From NCBI GenBank assembly GCA_010015805.1, contig ML978136.1, positions 62,001 to 126,000 of the forward strand: DNA of 64,000 nt, written 5' to 3'. A program made the translations under genes and the position numbers. The notes beneath the pieces were generated by a model. It was not told the DNA's origin. It ran no database searches and was given only the letters and a program-made list of their open reading frames with translations. The stretch is from Rhizodiscina lignyota (taxonomy: Eukaryota). Below are positions 36,324 through 49,867 of the stretch, in pieces. The stretch's first letter is position 1, and the number at the start of each line of letters is the position of its first letter.

Positions 36324-36701
36324 AGCTGAGGAGATGGGATGGAAAGCTATGCGACAGGTGTCGATTGTGGATGTCGTCGTGATTGGAATCGAAGCTTGAG
36401 GAGGGAGGAAGAATGGCAGCGGCGAGCACACATGCACTGCGCATGAGAGAGGTGGCTGGGCGGGGGCGTTGATTGGACGGAGCTAAGCGCGCGTGTATGC
36501 CGCTGCCACTTCCAGAAGCTTGCGGAAGAAGCAGAAGCTCCATCACCACGCAACCTCCTCTGCCTGTCTTTGCCTCTGTCATCCTCTGCAAATCTCCTGC
36601 TCTTCACTCACACCGCGAGCTGCTCTCCTCTAAGGCCGCAGGCACCCTTCTTATCGACTACTTTCTCACACTTTGTCAGCCGAAAGGCGTTTCGTTTCAA
36701 G

Positions 36702-38063
36702 ATGGATCGATTAAACCGAATGCTCCAGGCCGCGCAGCAGATGGGCGGCATGGGTGGCTCTGGTCCAGCGCAGGTAAGCAATAATGCCTCGCGCATATTG
36801 GGGTCGCATTTCGTATCCAGGCAGCCCATCAGACGCGTCTAGTGCGCCATAATGCGGCTCTCCGCTCCATGCCCTCTTCTGCGAAACTCATCGCTATCTA
36901 CACCTCTGAGGAATTTTACTGGCACCACATATTCTTACAATGGCTTCATGGCAGGACACGAACTTGATCGACAACTCCGAGACCGTCTACATCTCTTCCC
37001 TCGCCCTCCTCAAGATGTTGCGACATGGCCGAGCAGGCGTGCCGATGGAAGTCATGGGTCTGATGCTGGGAGAATTTGTGGATGACTACACAGTACGAGT
37101 AGTGGATGTCTTCGCAATGCCACAGAGTGGGACAGGCGTTAGTGTAGAGGCGGTGGACCCAGTCTTCCAGACCAAGATGATGGACATGCTGCGACAGACA
37201 GGAAGGTATGTTGTGGAAATCTCAAATGCAACGCTCTAGCTCCGAGATCTCATATCACCAAGAGAACAATAGCTAATGACCGCAATCATAGACCAGAAAC
37301 AGTCGTCGGCTGGTACCACTCACATCCTGGCTTCGGCTGCTGGCTCTCCTCCGTCGATATCAACACCCAACAGTCCTTCGAACAACTCACTCCCCGCGCT
37401 GTAGCTGTCGTCGTCGATCCCATCCAGTCTGTCAAGGGCAAAGTCGTCATCGATGCATTCCGCCTTATCAACCCCCAGATCCTCATGATGGGCCACGAGC
37501 CGCGACAAACAACTTCCAACTTGGGACATCTGAACAAGCCATCAATACAAGCGCTCATCCATGGCTTGAACAGACATTATTACAGTATCGGGATTAACTA
37601 TAGGAAGACCGGTCTGGAGGAGAACATGCTGATGAATCTGCACAAGCAGGTGTGGACAGAGGCGCTCCAGATGGAGGACTTCCACGGCGAGGCGGAGAGG
37701 AACAAGGACAGGCTGAAGAGGCTTGTCACCCTTGCAGAGGGCTATGAGAAGCGCGTAAAAGAGGAGACGGAGTTGACTAAGGACCAGCTGAAGACGAGAT
37801 ACGTCGGCAAAGTGGATCCAAAGAAGCGTAAGTATAAATAATGGACGCTTCATTAATGGTGTCAAATTTCTAACATTTCTACAGATCTGGAGGACGTAGG
37901 TCAGCAACTTATCGAAGACAATATCGTCTCCGTCTCGCGCCAAATGATCGACAAAGAGGCCTCGGTCCCATCCGAGAAGGCATCCACGATTGCAAACGGT
38001 GGTCACGCAAACGGAGCAAACGGGGCAAATGGACACTCGATGGATGTTGATGAAGAGCTGTGA
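36702..38063 (+). CDS. rpn11: 26S proteasome lid deubiquitinase Rpn11
   Basis: Exons 36702-36773, 36955-37205, 37292-37827, 37885-38063. JAMM motif [29 protein letters not shown]. Confidence 0.98.
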
Positions 38064-38919
38064 GGAGATAAAGCTCCCTCGCTCTCTGATATCGTTATCC
38101 ACGTCGTTCGCCCATTTGACAGTTTGCTTACCACCGGGCGAGACAGCGGGATAATGACTTCGTCGTGGTTAACGCTGACGATGTGGGCACATGATCGAAC
38201 TCGCTGGGCTACGATTCCTGAACCCACAAGGGCCTGATGCAACTGTTTCACCTTGATAGAAACCCTTCTGAGCGGGCACACTGGAACGTTTTGGTCTCAA
38301 TTATAGCATTGCACGGCGTCCTGGTTGCACAGAGAAGCATGTAGCATAGTCCTGCTTCGTTAAATCGACTCTTTGAATGACTGCATCGTGCAATGATCTA
38401 TTTGAATCCGGTGAAGCTATTCTGTAAGATCTATAAAATAGACATTATATGACTTCCATGAGACTTAAGGGTAAGGTTGTCTATTTCTCAAGGGGCATCG
38501 GAGTCGGAGGCTGTTTAATTCAAATTGAAGAGCAAAGCCTCGAAAATGACAAAACAGTTGAATGACGAACATGCGCAGCAGAAATGTTTCATTCTTCAAC
38601 GATTGCGAGAGCATCTTTAGATGCTTAATCCAATATACTTTGCACAGTATGGAGTACTTGTCAGAAGTGCCTAACTGTAACACACACCTGTATTGGCAGA
38701 AGAGTATTTGCATCCCGACAGTTCGCTATATCTATTCGATTATATCCGGATGCTCAACTTGTACCTTGCGTAAGTCGATCTAGCTTCGCTTTGACTGAGT
38801 GTATTCGCTGAACATCCTACTTGCCATAGAGATTAAGCTTCTGTTCGACTATTTGGGGGAGCTCGACTGACAATTTGCACACATAGATCGAGCTTATTCA
38901 TTCTTTTATTTATGACTCT

Positions 38920-39879
38920 CTAGCTTAGCTTTGCATTATCAACGAAACGAAAAGTCAATCCCTGCCGCTCCTCCATTTCTGCATATATCTTGCACCGTAC
39001 CACTTCATAGTTGTCGGTCTCGTAGTACCTCAACGTATCCTCTTGCTGTGCCAACGTTACGAGAAATGCCCGCCCATACACATTCTCTTGCCGGTCTGCG
39101 TCCACCAATGCCCTGTATTTGCCAGCCCATGTCTTGATCGCATCTCCGGTGACGAATGCCCTGTCGAACGTTGGTTCTATTGGGAGGCCCAGCAGGCGCG
39201 CAAGCCGATCGGGTTCTGCGAGGATGCCATAGAAGAAGTACCAAACGGGGTACTCCTCTTGCTGAGGGTGTACTGGCACAGGCTTGTCAGGTCGGAACTG
39301 TGTGAGGGTAAAATCGATACCAAGTGTCGGGTAAGCGGAGGTCGGAGAGAGGTTCTTGTATGCCTTCGCATTGCGGATGAATGTGATTTGGAATGGTTTG
39401 AGCTGCTCGGATATCGAGTCTTTGGCAGTGCCATTGACTACAACAAAGGTGGCATCATCGCCGGTATCATCATTGGCTTTGAAAATCGGAGGATCGTTGT
39501 CGAAGCCCGCAGCCTCTCGGACGGCAGCGACAGAGCTGAGTGGGCCTTCGAGCTTAAGTAGATATTCAGATTTTGAGGGCGTTGACTCGGGGAGAAGGCG
39601 TGCTGTGATTTGTCGATGGTGAATAGAATACTCGTAGCTCTCCTTGTCATGGCCAATGAGGGTCTTTCGAGACCGAATCATGTCCCAATGCTCGTCGGAG
39701 ATTCGGGGGCGATTGATGTTGCTTCGATGTTCTTTGATGCGCGATGCTGCCTCTAAAGGGGATTAGTTAAAGAGCTTTTGCCATCTCTCCCGGTCCACGT
39801 TGTCGATTTCGGTGGTCTCTAGGTCAAAATACTCTCGCGCATTCACGGCCATCCACTCCAGCTCTGAGAGGATGTCCAT
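38920..39879 (-). pseudogene. Gamma-glutamylcyclotransferase/AIG2-like gene with one in-frame TAA
   Basis: Frame open from ATG 39879 to 38920 except TAA at 39763-39765. C-terminal WYFFYGIL...LRYYETDNYEV GGCT-like motifs. Confidence 0.6.
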
Positions 39880-40574
39880 GTTGATATTGTGATGAGAGTT
39901 GCGCTGATCAAGCGGAGTGCAGCGAAAGCGAACTGAGCGATGTTTGAAAAATTGAGGCGTACAAAAGAGAATCGAGCTAATTCTCTGGAACTTAGAGCAG
40001 AAAGTGCAGTGGGATTAGTCACTAGACATCCAACGTTTTCTGTAAGGGGCAGTCGGTAGCACATCGCTCCTTCGCAATGGGCGTTGCCATGGAATTATGA
40101 ACTCAAATGGGACTGGACGCTGCTTCAGTTTAGCGATTAGAAGCCCGTGTCTCTAATTCCTAATGTTCTGCTCCCTGCATCACTTCGAATCTATGCATGA
40201 CTAGGGTCTGCCGCCGCCAAAACCGCCGCTAAAAAGCGATATCGACAACGCAGAGCGGAGAAGAAAAGAAACGAAGTAACCACAGCACTACAAGCTTCAA
40301 GAGCACGGCACGCACGAGGCATCTTTACACCCGGCAGGGATCGAAATCTGAGAAACGACCAGAGCGCAAGTGGCTAAAAAGAGTGCTGAAGGACATAAAA
40401 GTACAGAAACAGGAGGGGAACTGGGTTCAGTGAGAGTATCCCCCGGTGCAAGGCTGTCCAGAGGTTCAACATTCAGAAGCAGTAGCAAATGAACACCGGA
40501 TCAATAGTTCGAACAATATTTCGTACTCCGTTGAAAGAAGGGTACCAGGACGACACCGAGGAGTATTGGTACCA

Positions 40575-41582
40575 ATGCATGTTGAGGAAGCCGAGATACA
40601 CACGGGTTTTCCTAGTTTTTCTCCTCAATTCCAAGACCGTGATTCCAGTCAAACCACGCTGGAGCCTCAAAATCCTGAGGGTTATCGCCGCCCCGAAGCC
40701 ATTCCGGAGACGGAGAGTCACTTTCGCCCAGGGGATAGCATCTCGGCCGTCAAGAAGTGTGGAACTTTTCATCTACCGCCGCAGGATCAGCAAGAGACAC
40801 TTACCAATAAAGTGGAATCCGCATGTATATCCGTTGACCATCCAGGTCTTCTGAGCGTATACGACGTCATCGCTTCCGAAGGGCATGCCAATATGCATGA
40901 GCGCTTGACCTCTGAGCACGAGCAGCTGCTCGAGCACCTGAAGGATCTGAACCTCCTCATTGCCAAGACGGACGACGAGATTGCCCACCTGAAAAATGCG
41001 AACGCGGTAACATCAGTGCGCATAGTGGCGAAAAGGAAGGAGGTCGAGATTGTGGAAAGAAGGGCAATCCATCGATCTCAGCTGGCACGGAAGGCCATGG
41101 AGAGTGTACAAGTTGATGAGTCGACATGCGAGGCATTACTGAAAACAAGGGATGCGTATAGAGAACTGGATGATGTGAGGGCAGCGTTGCAGCTTGTGAG
41201 CGACGATACAACCGCTATTATTGAAAGAAGAGAAGAGGAGGTCACACTGTTGAAGGAAGCAAAGAGAGACCTGCTGAGCAAGAAAGATTGGGTTGTTAAG
41301 GAGCTGCTGCGTTATGATGGCATGCTTTCGCAACTGGATATTCAAGGGAGGTTTTTGAGGCAGCCCAGCTTCATCAACCCGAGCCTTGTGATAGAGGAAG
41401 AGCTTCCACCACCACCTCACGAGGATGTGGAATGGAGATGGACGCACTTACCTGGTCGCCGATGGGAGTCGAGAGATGTTCAGATGATCGACGTGTCCGA
41501 ATTGAGTCAGGAATCTTACAATTACGCCTGCTCTTCTTCATGGCAACAAACAGCGAGGATTGGAGGCTTGGATAGTTTCTAG
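40575..41582 (+). CDS. Hypothetical protein with probable coiled coil
   Basis: Long ORF (open from 40446) with heptad-like Glu/Leu/Lys segment; start uncertain. Confidence 0.5.
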   Translation: MHVEEAEIHTGFPSFSPQFQDRDSSQTTLEPQNPEGYRRPEAIPETESHFRPGDSISAVKKCGTFHLPPQDQQETLTNKVESACISVDHPGLLSVYDVIASEGHANMHERLTSEHEQLLEHLKDLNLLIAKTDDEIAHLKNANAVTSVRIVAKRKEVEIVERRAIHRSQLARKAMESVQVDESTCEALLKTRDAYRELDDVRAALQLVSDDTTAIIERREEEVTLLKEAKRDLLSKKDWVVKELLRYDGMLSQLDIQGRFLRQPSFINPSLVIEEELPPPPHEDVEWRWTHLPGRRWESRDVQMIDVSELSQESYNYACSSSWQQTARIGGLDSF

Positions 41583-42040
41583 GGTGGTGGTGGTGGGGAC
41601 GTTGATCCAAAGAGGACAGCAAAAGCTGTGAGTCGTGTGACGGCTTGGATAGCTTCCAGAGGCCGGTCAGCCCAATCACGTATTTTTACTGTACGATAGA
41701 AGCGAAGCAATAGAGGAGAAACATTGCTCCATCCACTGCCCAAAGAGAAAGAGCACTGTCCAAATAAGGTGTGCGAGCTGACTCGTGGAACGTGCCTCGG
41801 CTCGTCCCCACATCTCACTCGCGCGACTTTGGCTCCACATCAGGTTAACAACTCAAGACCACATCCACAGCATCCCCGAAGATGACTCCCACTATTCCCG
41901 GCATTGTTTTGAGCATATTAGAATTCAGACTGTTGTACATGAAAGAGCTTGGGATTACTTGAGGAACTTCTAAAGGGCACAAACTGGTCTTGTCAGATTG
42001 ATACAGCCATCGAATACGAGACCGAATCTCAACATCCGTA

Positions 42041-44204
42041 ATGAAGCCTTCAAGTTCTACTGATGGCTTCATCCAAGCCATACCAAAGCTAGAGAACCAG
42101 TTTCTCGAAGATGCAGCATTGCGAAGAGTCTTCGAGCGTATGTGTGCCTCCTTTCGTCTCAACTCTCTGTCGCTCACCTCCAGCAGTCCTCATCCCATCC
42201 CAAGCTCAAGCTGCTCTTACGACTTCCCTCACGACCTTCGGATCTACGGTCCTTAACCCCTCAATATTCCGCCTGATTGAAAACGCCGAAAAGCACGAAC
42301 CCTACATCCGAACCTTTGACAGCTTCGGCCGGCGTATAGATGAGCTGGTCACTAGCGAAGGATGGCGCGGGCTCCAAGAAATCGGCATCAGGGAAGGAAT
42401 TATGGCTACAGGATATGAGCGGCTGGGCCAAAGCGGTGCAGTTGTGGCACCCGATCCTGCTTCAGCGGGAGAGTCGGATTTGCAGTGTGCGAGAGTGTAC
42501 CAGTTCATAAAGTATCTTCTCTGGACGGGATCATGCGCAAATGTCACTTGCCCAAGTGCAATGCAAGATGGCGCCGCACGCCTACTATTTACCCATCTAA
42601 ACCGTGATGCCCAATCTGGACATAAGCTCCTTTCAAACACTGAAAGACTTGTACTCTCCACTGCCTTCAGGCACCTAACATCTCGCGACCCCGCAATCTG
42701 CTGGACTAGCGGACAATGGATGACCGAGCGCAGTGGTGGCAGCGATATCCGAGGCACGGAGACGTTAGCCACCTGGGCTGGCGACTCAAAGTCTGAAGTT
42801 GACGGCACAGACACGGACGGCAATCCACTCGGTCCATGGCGAATTGATGGGTTCAAGTGGTTCTCCAGCGCAACCGATTCTCACATGACGCTACTCCTCG
42901 CCAAAGAGCCCTCCAACGGCGCTATATCCCTCTTCTTTGCTCCCACCAGGCGGATCAATGCACGCGGGCAAGTCGAGCTTAACGGCGTCCAACTACAACG
43001 ACTAAAGTCCAAACTCGGCACCCATCCACTCCCCACGGCGGAGCTCGTGCTCAACAATATGCGTGCATGGAGGATTGGTGCGTCTGGTGCAGGGACGAAA
43101 GAGATCAGCACGATCCTGAACATCACGCGGATGCACACTGCCATGTCGGCCTTGGGGTATTGGGGCCGCGGTCTAGCAATTGGCCGCGCGTTTGCACGCG
43201 TCAGGAAAGCTGCTGGCGGCAGGAGCTTACGAGACGTTGAGGCGCATGTACGCACGATGGCTGGGAACGAGGTGAATTATCGCGCGAGAATGATGTTCTG
43301 CTTTTTCACAGTTTCCCTGCTGGGACGGGTCGAAAACCCTACTTGTTCTCCATCTTTAAAGAATGGAAGCACGAATCCCATCTTGGAGCCATCCTTGGAG
43401 ATAGCAACTAACCTCCTCCGCCTGCTCACACCCCTTGCCAAAGCAGTCAGCACTAAAGACTCCGTTGTTGCGCTACAGGAGTGCATGGAGTCGCTCGGTG
43501 GTGTCGGGTATCTCGAGAACGAGGACCAGGAAATAAATATCGCGAGGCTGTTTCGCGATGCGAATGTGGGCCCCATTTGGGAGGGTACGACTGATGTGCT
43601 TGGAACTGACCTTGTGAGGGTGGTGAAGCCGGCACCAAAGAAGACAACTAAAGAAGGGAAGACCGATCTTAGAGTAAGAGAAGCTATCGGGCGGTGGATG
43701 GAGGGCGAGAGCAGTACAGGGGACTTCACGTCAAGAGTACGCGGCGTCCACACCTCGACCGAGTCGAACGACTCCCCAGCAACCACAGCCCTCGCGACAT
43801 GGATTGCTACAGCCCTCTCGATCTGGCAAGCGCACCGCTCCTCGATCCCGCAAGCAGACATGTTCGTCACTGCAGTCGGGACAGAGACGAAACTGCTACT
43901 TGAGCAGATCCGCTCGTCTTCACCGGAGCAATTGCGATACGATGCGCGCGGACTGATGTGGCGGATCACATGGCTCGTAGGCGCCGCGGTACTTGTTGAG
44001 GACGCGAGAAGGGATGGGAATCAGGTTGCTTGGGAGATCGCGAGGCGATGGGTCTATGAACGACATCCGGAGGGGGCTACCAAGGGCATTTCGTCGTCGG
44101 GCAGCCAGAGTTGGTCCGAGAGAGCGAATTGGGATCGGCAGATCGTCTTTGACGCGGGAGATCGGATGGGCTCGGACGCAGAGAAGCAGAAGGCCAGATT
44201 ATAG
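42041..44204 (+). CDS. AidB-like acyl-CoA dehydrogenase with PTS1 (-ARL)
   Basis: GQWMTERSGGSD, GFKWFSSATD, RLKSKLGT, ESLGGVGY, IWEGTT; intron 42138-42186 with CAGCAG acceptor; ends KQKARL*. Confidence 0.92.
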
Positions 44205-44668
44205 CCGAGTGTGAGATCTTATCTTCGCCCTATCCCAGCAGAATAAGCCCAATATCATGGCCTACTTGTGAGAACCTACTTTGTGCTCAGCATGCAACTA
44301 TGATACCGCGAAGTGCCATCGCAGGGGCCACGCCGAGCTTGATTTCTCGAAACTGGGGGATTGGACGGTTTCAACGCAAGCACCACAAATTTCATGAGAG
44401 AAGATTAATTAGGTGGAGACCACCACAACAGCAATTCAAAGAACAAGTCACGTAATCTGGTGTAATAGAAATTAGCCTTTCATGTTACCCAGAAACGTTA
44501 GTTTGTGTGATTAGAATGCTTTAACAAGTTGATAAAATAATCCTCAGGATAACCTGTAGTCTGGTTCGCCCCCTGACGCCATATTGCGCTATTCCCATTT
44601 GGGATGCATACTTTGCATCTCCCAGCGTACAGCCACAGAAGTATAGCAATTCCACTCCATCAAATATA

Positions 44669-45278
44669 ATGGCTTCCACAGACGAGTCTACAGGCTCTGT
44701 CCATCTCCCACGAGTCGCCATTACGTACTGCACACAGTGTCGATGGATGCTACGAGCAGCATATGTATGATCAAGCTTTCATTACATAGAAGTACCTTGC
44801 ACTGTTGACACGACACTCACAGTTTGGACAAGAACTGCTATCGACATTTGGCACGACGATAGGAGAGATCGCACTGATCCCTGCGACTGGCGGACTCTTT
44901 AAAGTCGAGCTTGTACGTGAGCTCACGTAGATATCTGTGCGATTGCTGAGGGCGACGCAGACATACAGGCCGGAGGGTCAATCCTCGCCTGGTGAAACGA
45001 CGAAGGAGCAGAATGGCTTAGAGACCACAAAGAGCGTGCTGCTATGGGATCGGAAAGCAGAAGGTGGCTTTCCCGAGACGAAAGTACTCAAGCAGCGCGT
45101 GCGCGACCATCTCGACCCATCAAAAGACCTCGGCCATTCAGATCGGCATTCCAAGAAAGAGCAAGGGAAGGCCGAAAATCAAGCGGCAGAAGCTTCATCA
45201 GCAGCTGCTGCGTCCTTAACAGTAAGTGACCAAGTCAAGCGGAATCCAGATGGCACTGTATGTGAAGATTGCGCCTGA
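44669..45278 (+). CDS. Rdx family (SelT/SelW/SelH-like) thioredoxin-fold protein
   Basis: ITYCTQCRWMLRAAY|FGQELLSTF..PATGGLF|..LWDRKAEGGFPETKVLKQRVRD..LGHSD; introns 44765-44822 and 44913-44960. Confidence 0.92.
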
Positions 45279-45954
45279 CCTTACGACGCAATGGATTCGG
45301 CTGTAAGCAGATCAGACATGGCAACAGTCACAGCATTGCAATCATGTAGACTGTTCGAAATCTTGAAAACGTTTCACATTTGCTCGAATCAACGTTGCGA
45401 TTAGCGCAAACAGAGCCATCATCCTGTAAAAAGAATCCCGCCCCATCAAACGCTTGCCGCAGCCTTTTTTTAAAGAAGCCCTCGGCAACCTGCCAACGAA
45501 GATGTGAATGTAGGGTGTATCGAAAAAAACCACTGATATCGATACCCAAGTCGCAGCTTTTTGTTCGGTCTCGCCCCAATCCGGACCCAGCCTGAAACCC
45601 CCCATTCCCAGGACGACCGGTTCTGCGCGGCTCGGGGAGTTTGACCGACCTCAGGTCTAACTCCAAGCCCGTCGACGATGAAAACAAAGAAAAATCCGTC
45701 CTGACGCCTCTGTAAGTAAAGCGCCTATTCCCGCCGGGGTAAAAATGCTGTAGCGACAGTGAGCCTCCGCGCCGTTCGAAAAAAGAACTCCGTGTATCAA
45801 TCTTCAACCGCTGACGCCAGGCTTCATGGGCTCGTAAATGGAGTTAGTTGAGAACATATGATTGCGGCACCGCCAGCCAGGTGCCACAAAATGAAGAAAA
45901 GCTATTCACAAAGTAGACGGGAACAAAATTGGAAAATGCAAAAAGGGATGGCAA

Positions 45955-47810
45955 TCAGGTGCCCATTCGACGCCGTCTACCCCTATTGCCCCCTTCAGGC
46001 CTTTGCGCGAGGACTTCGCGTAGTAGGGGATCATCTCGGTCTTTGTCGATATGGTGGACTCTGACGTGTCTGTGTACGTGTAATCAGTATCTCAAGCCCC
46101 CAAAACTACGGCGATGGAGTCATTACTCACCGTTGCAAATTGTCAGGTCGAGGGTATTTATGCTCTCTATCCGGGCAAAACGGGCAGACATAACCAGGAG
46201 AATCGTGAACAAGACCGTGCCGGATCATTTCATTCTTGCGCTTGAATCCTTTGCCTCCTTCACCGCGCGGACAGCCCGCAACTGGGCAATAGTGAGGTCT
46301 GTTTTGGGAGTGCACATTCGCATGAGAGCTTTTGCATACGGTCAGCTTTGGCTCTGTGGGACAAGTGATCATCCAGAGCAAGCTGGAGTACTTACTTGAG
46401 TAGATATTGAGTCTGAAAAGGCGCAGCATTGCATCCGGGAAAGTCACACTTGAAAGACCCAGCTCCATGAGGAGGAATATGCTGTACACCTGCTACTATC
46501 GGCAGAGGCAGCGTTCGTGAACTCATGTCAATGCTCATGCGTTGGCCATCGGCCGACGTTGGATACGCCCCAGAATTGCTGCCCTCTACACTCTCCGGCG
46601 TCGGACCAAAATGCCCAGGACTGGTGTCAGATGCTTGTGAGGGCCTCCTTGGGTTATGCCCTGGAGTGGGTGGAAAAGTGGCTGTGACACCTAGCTTCGC
46701 GAAAGCCTCTTGCGGAGACGTCTCGCCATTGGCACTAACAGGTGAGATGTGACTCCATGACGAGGGCGGCGCCCCAGGCGTATAGGTAGGAGGTGATATG
46801 CCTACAGGCACACCAAGGTTTGGAGGTGATCGACCAGGAGGTCCAACGGCGGACGAGAAGGACTGTCGATGTTGGTGGAAGCCATTGACACGAGGTTCAC
46901 CCCCCTCCTGCTGAGCAGCTTCCGCAATCTTCTCTATTTCGGTGAAGCCGGGGAGACTCCGTGTTTGAATTGGTGAACCGGGAGCGTCTCTAGAAGGAGA
47001 GTCTGGGGAATGTAACGCGGGTAACTTCTGGTCTAAAGGTCTTTCGGATTCTGGAATCGTATGGTCTCTGAGATTTGGCGATGTTGCGAGTGTGTCGTCC
47101 AAATCAAACCCATTTGCTGGCTTCGAATCGTTATCCATAGCCGAGGACGCCGACTGGGGTCTTGGGGCCTCTGTACCATCTGGTTCGAGCGCCCCCGGTG
47201 CGGAAATTGCCAGTCCTTTCACATCCACATTAGGGGAGGTGATAAGATTTATGGCGTCGTCAGCTCCGTCATCCATCCCAGATGGCGTTTCGTTCTCATC
47301 GTCGCCGTCTGCGGCTGGATCAGCCTCAGCTGGACTTCCATCATCCTCTTCCAATGGATCCAATGCCTGCGCCTGCGCAGCAATAGCTTGTAATGTTGCA
47401 GCACTCTGCTCATTCACAGGAGAGGTCATTTGCGGTGAAGCTTTTCTACTTGGTGTTTTGGACTTTCGTCTAGGTCCACGGTCCGGTGGTTCCCGTGCTT
47501 TGTCCTCCATGTCAGAGTCACTGACCTCAGAATGAGAGGCTGAGTTCAGTGCAATCTCGGACGCTCTCTTCGCCACGTCCGGATAGTTCGGGTTCATGTA
47601 ACTTAGCAACACAGTGTCCCCCAGCGCCGGCCGGGTCCTCCGCCGGCGCGATTTCTTCCTGTCTTTCTGCGATTGAGGAGACAGGTTGACGGGATCTGGC
47701 GGTGCCTTTGGAATAAATGGTAACGGTTCCGGTTCCGGTGTCGATTTGACGTACACTCTTTCCAACCCTGGCGATTTTCGAAAGTCTTCGTCGGAGTCGT
47801 AATATGACAT
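45955..47810 (-). CDS. C2H2 zinc-finger transcription factor (three C-terminal fingers)
   Basis: Exons 47810-46396, 46328-46131, 46069-45955: FKCDFPGC..LNSHANVH, HYCPVAGC..MIRHGLVH, YVCPFC..LQRHVRVHH. Confidence 0.92.
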
Positions 47811-49867
47811 TCGCCAAGCGAGGCGACGTGCCTCATTCCCAGAGTTTGAAGGTTGCGCAGCGGGACACTGGTCGCAAACTCGACGGCCACCGGAGGAAAA
47901 GAGAATGGATTGCGCGAGCTAAGATACTCTAATATGCAGAAACTAGGCCAAATCATCAAGGCAAGCAGCGCCTGCCGAGGGGCTTTCACACCACCTGGGC
48001 GAGGTTAGCATCACCATTCAGACTATCATTAAGGTTCAATATTATGTGTGGATGAAAATTGTGCAATGGAAAAGGGTGCGGACGGTATGACAGGTGAGCC
48101 ATCGAAAAGCGGCAATGCGAAAAGCAGTGGTGGAAAGGTCATCTTATGAAGCGAGGGGCAGCCAGTTCGCAGATGCAGCGGAAGCTGACGAGCGGGAGCT
48201 GACAGGGGCCAAAGGGACGAAGAATGGCGCGAATGCGCGAGCAAAAGAGAAGAAATAGAGCGCTGGAGAAGTCCAGGCATGTCAAATTGCCACGCGACAG
48301 CCATGTCAGAGGTGGACTGGCAGCACCAAAAGAGGTGAAGATCTGAATGCTCGAAACGGGAGATCATCAGTGTCCGGGGAACAACGTACCGGGTGCGTGC
48401 GACGAAGCTATAGCAGAGCCTCACGAAGCTTGACGGCCGATCCTGAATCGCACAACCGGTCGATCGGAGCGCAAGAAATCGGGACGGGCGGTCGAGCGCG
48501 CGCAATTACTGTGGTGTTTGCTCTGCGAGCGCGCGTCGTCCTCGAGGCTGATTGCGGTTTCCTGGAGCAGCGTCGCGATCGGATTGCGGAGAAGTCGGGC
48601 GCGCAGGGAGTGGAGTGATTGGCGTTGCACGGCCTTCCGTAGACGAGCGAGTTTCGCGTGTTTCCTCGTGCGATGCAATGGCGGGGCGACGCGCGACAGA
48701 CGGGCTTGGGTGAACGCTGCGCAGCTGGAGGTCGCGATCTGGCAGTGACAGAGAGAGGAGCACACGAGGAGCGTGACAGCGAAGAGGTGCTTGCTGCCAG
48801 CTCCCCTCCTGCGACTGGAAGGCGGGCGAGGCGGAGGGCGCTGGCTGCGCTGCACAGGCTGTGCAGCCAGTTGAAAAGGTGGGCGCACGATTGTCTTTCA
48901 GAGCCGCACACCGGCCGGCCAGACCTTCCACAGAGCCTCACGGTCCAATCAGCCTCAAGGGAGGGGAAACGGCTCTGCCTGCTAGGCCGAGTAAGCAGCT
49001 GCGTTGCGCAAACAAAACGAATCGCGCACGCCAGAGGCCCCGTCCAGAAGCATGCCCGGCCTAGCCGAAGCTGGGCGACGGCCTCCCGACTATGCCTGAA
49101 GCTCGCCATGGCGACGCGTGTGTTTTCTTGCGCGTGAAGATGGTTACCTTACGCCCGATGCAAAACTGCCCTCGCCCTCAGCCTGACCATGCGGCGATCG
49201 ACCCCTCGTATTCCCTTATGCGGCTAGGGACGTCCTGGGAAATCGCGCAGGGAGGCTTCTCGAACTGCCGCGGCCACTGATGGAGTGGAGCCTCGAGAGA
49301 GGTGCTTTGAGCGTCTATCATGTCACTCGACACCATGCGCAAGCAGAAGACGTCGGATTTAGGTTGCACGCTCCCTCCTCTCTCCAGCGCCACTCTGCGG
49401 CCGTCGCGGCCTCATTCCACCTCTCCCTCCCTCTCCTCGCGCTCCCACGCGCATCCCCGTGCCGCATTCTTCCACGTCGCATGGTACGTACAGCGGGGCG
49501 TACTCGTGTACGCTTTCATTTGCCCTCTCGTGCGAGCCGCTGATGGCCGGGCTTACGGTCATTTAGAAACAAGGCACCACAAAAAGAACTTCGAATCTGA
49601 TGTAATTTTGCTCGCCCTCCATTCAACGCTGGCGGAAAGGTATCCTACAAGAAGAGCGCGCAGGGGGCCTGCGGCTCGCAGTCAGGGTCTAGGGTAGTCG
49701 AGTACCTGCAAGAACTTGGAAGTGTGCAATTTGCGACGCGAAACGTCAAACCGGAACAGGAACCATTTTCTCCCCATCAAGCCACACCATTGGATTCCTC
49801 CTTCTCGAACGCCGTGCTATGACAATGCAATGCTTATCCCACCTCATTAACGCGTGCCTGTAATCGT

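Noticed and set aside
44669..45800. Selenoprotein/SECIS for the SelW-like gene
   Set aside because: The motif is CTQC with TGC/TGT codons; there is no in-frame TGA.
48029..49697. Many overlapping 60-230 aa ORFs
   Set aside because: GC-rich promoter/UTR sequence; Arg/Ala/Ser-rich translations with no motifs.
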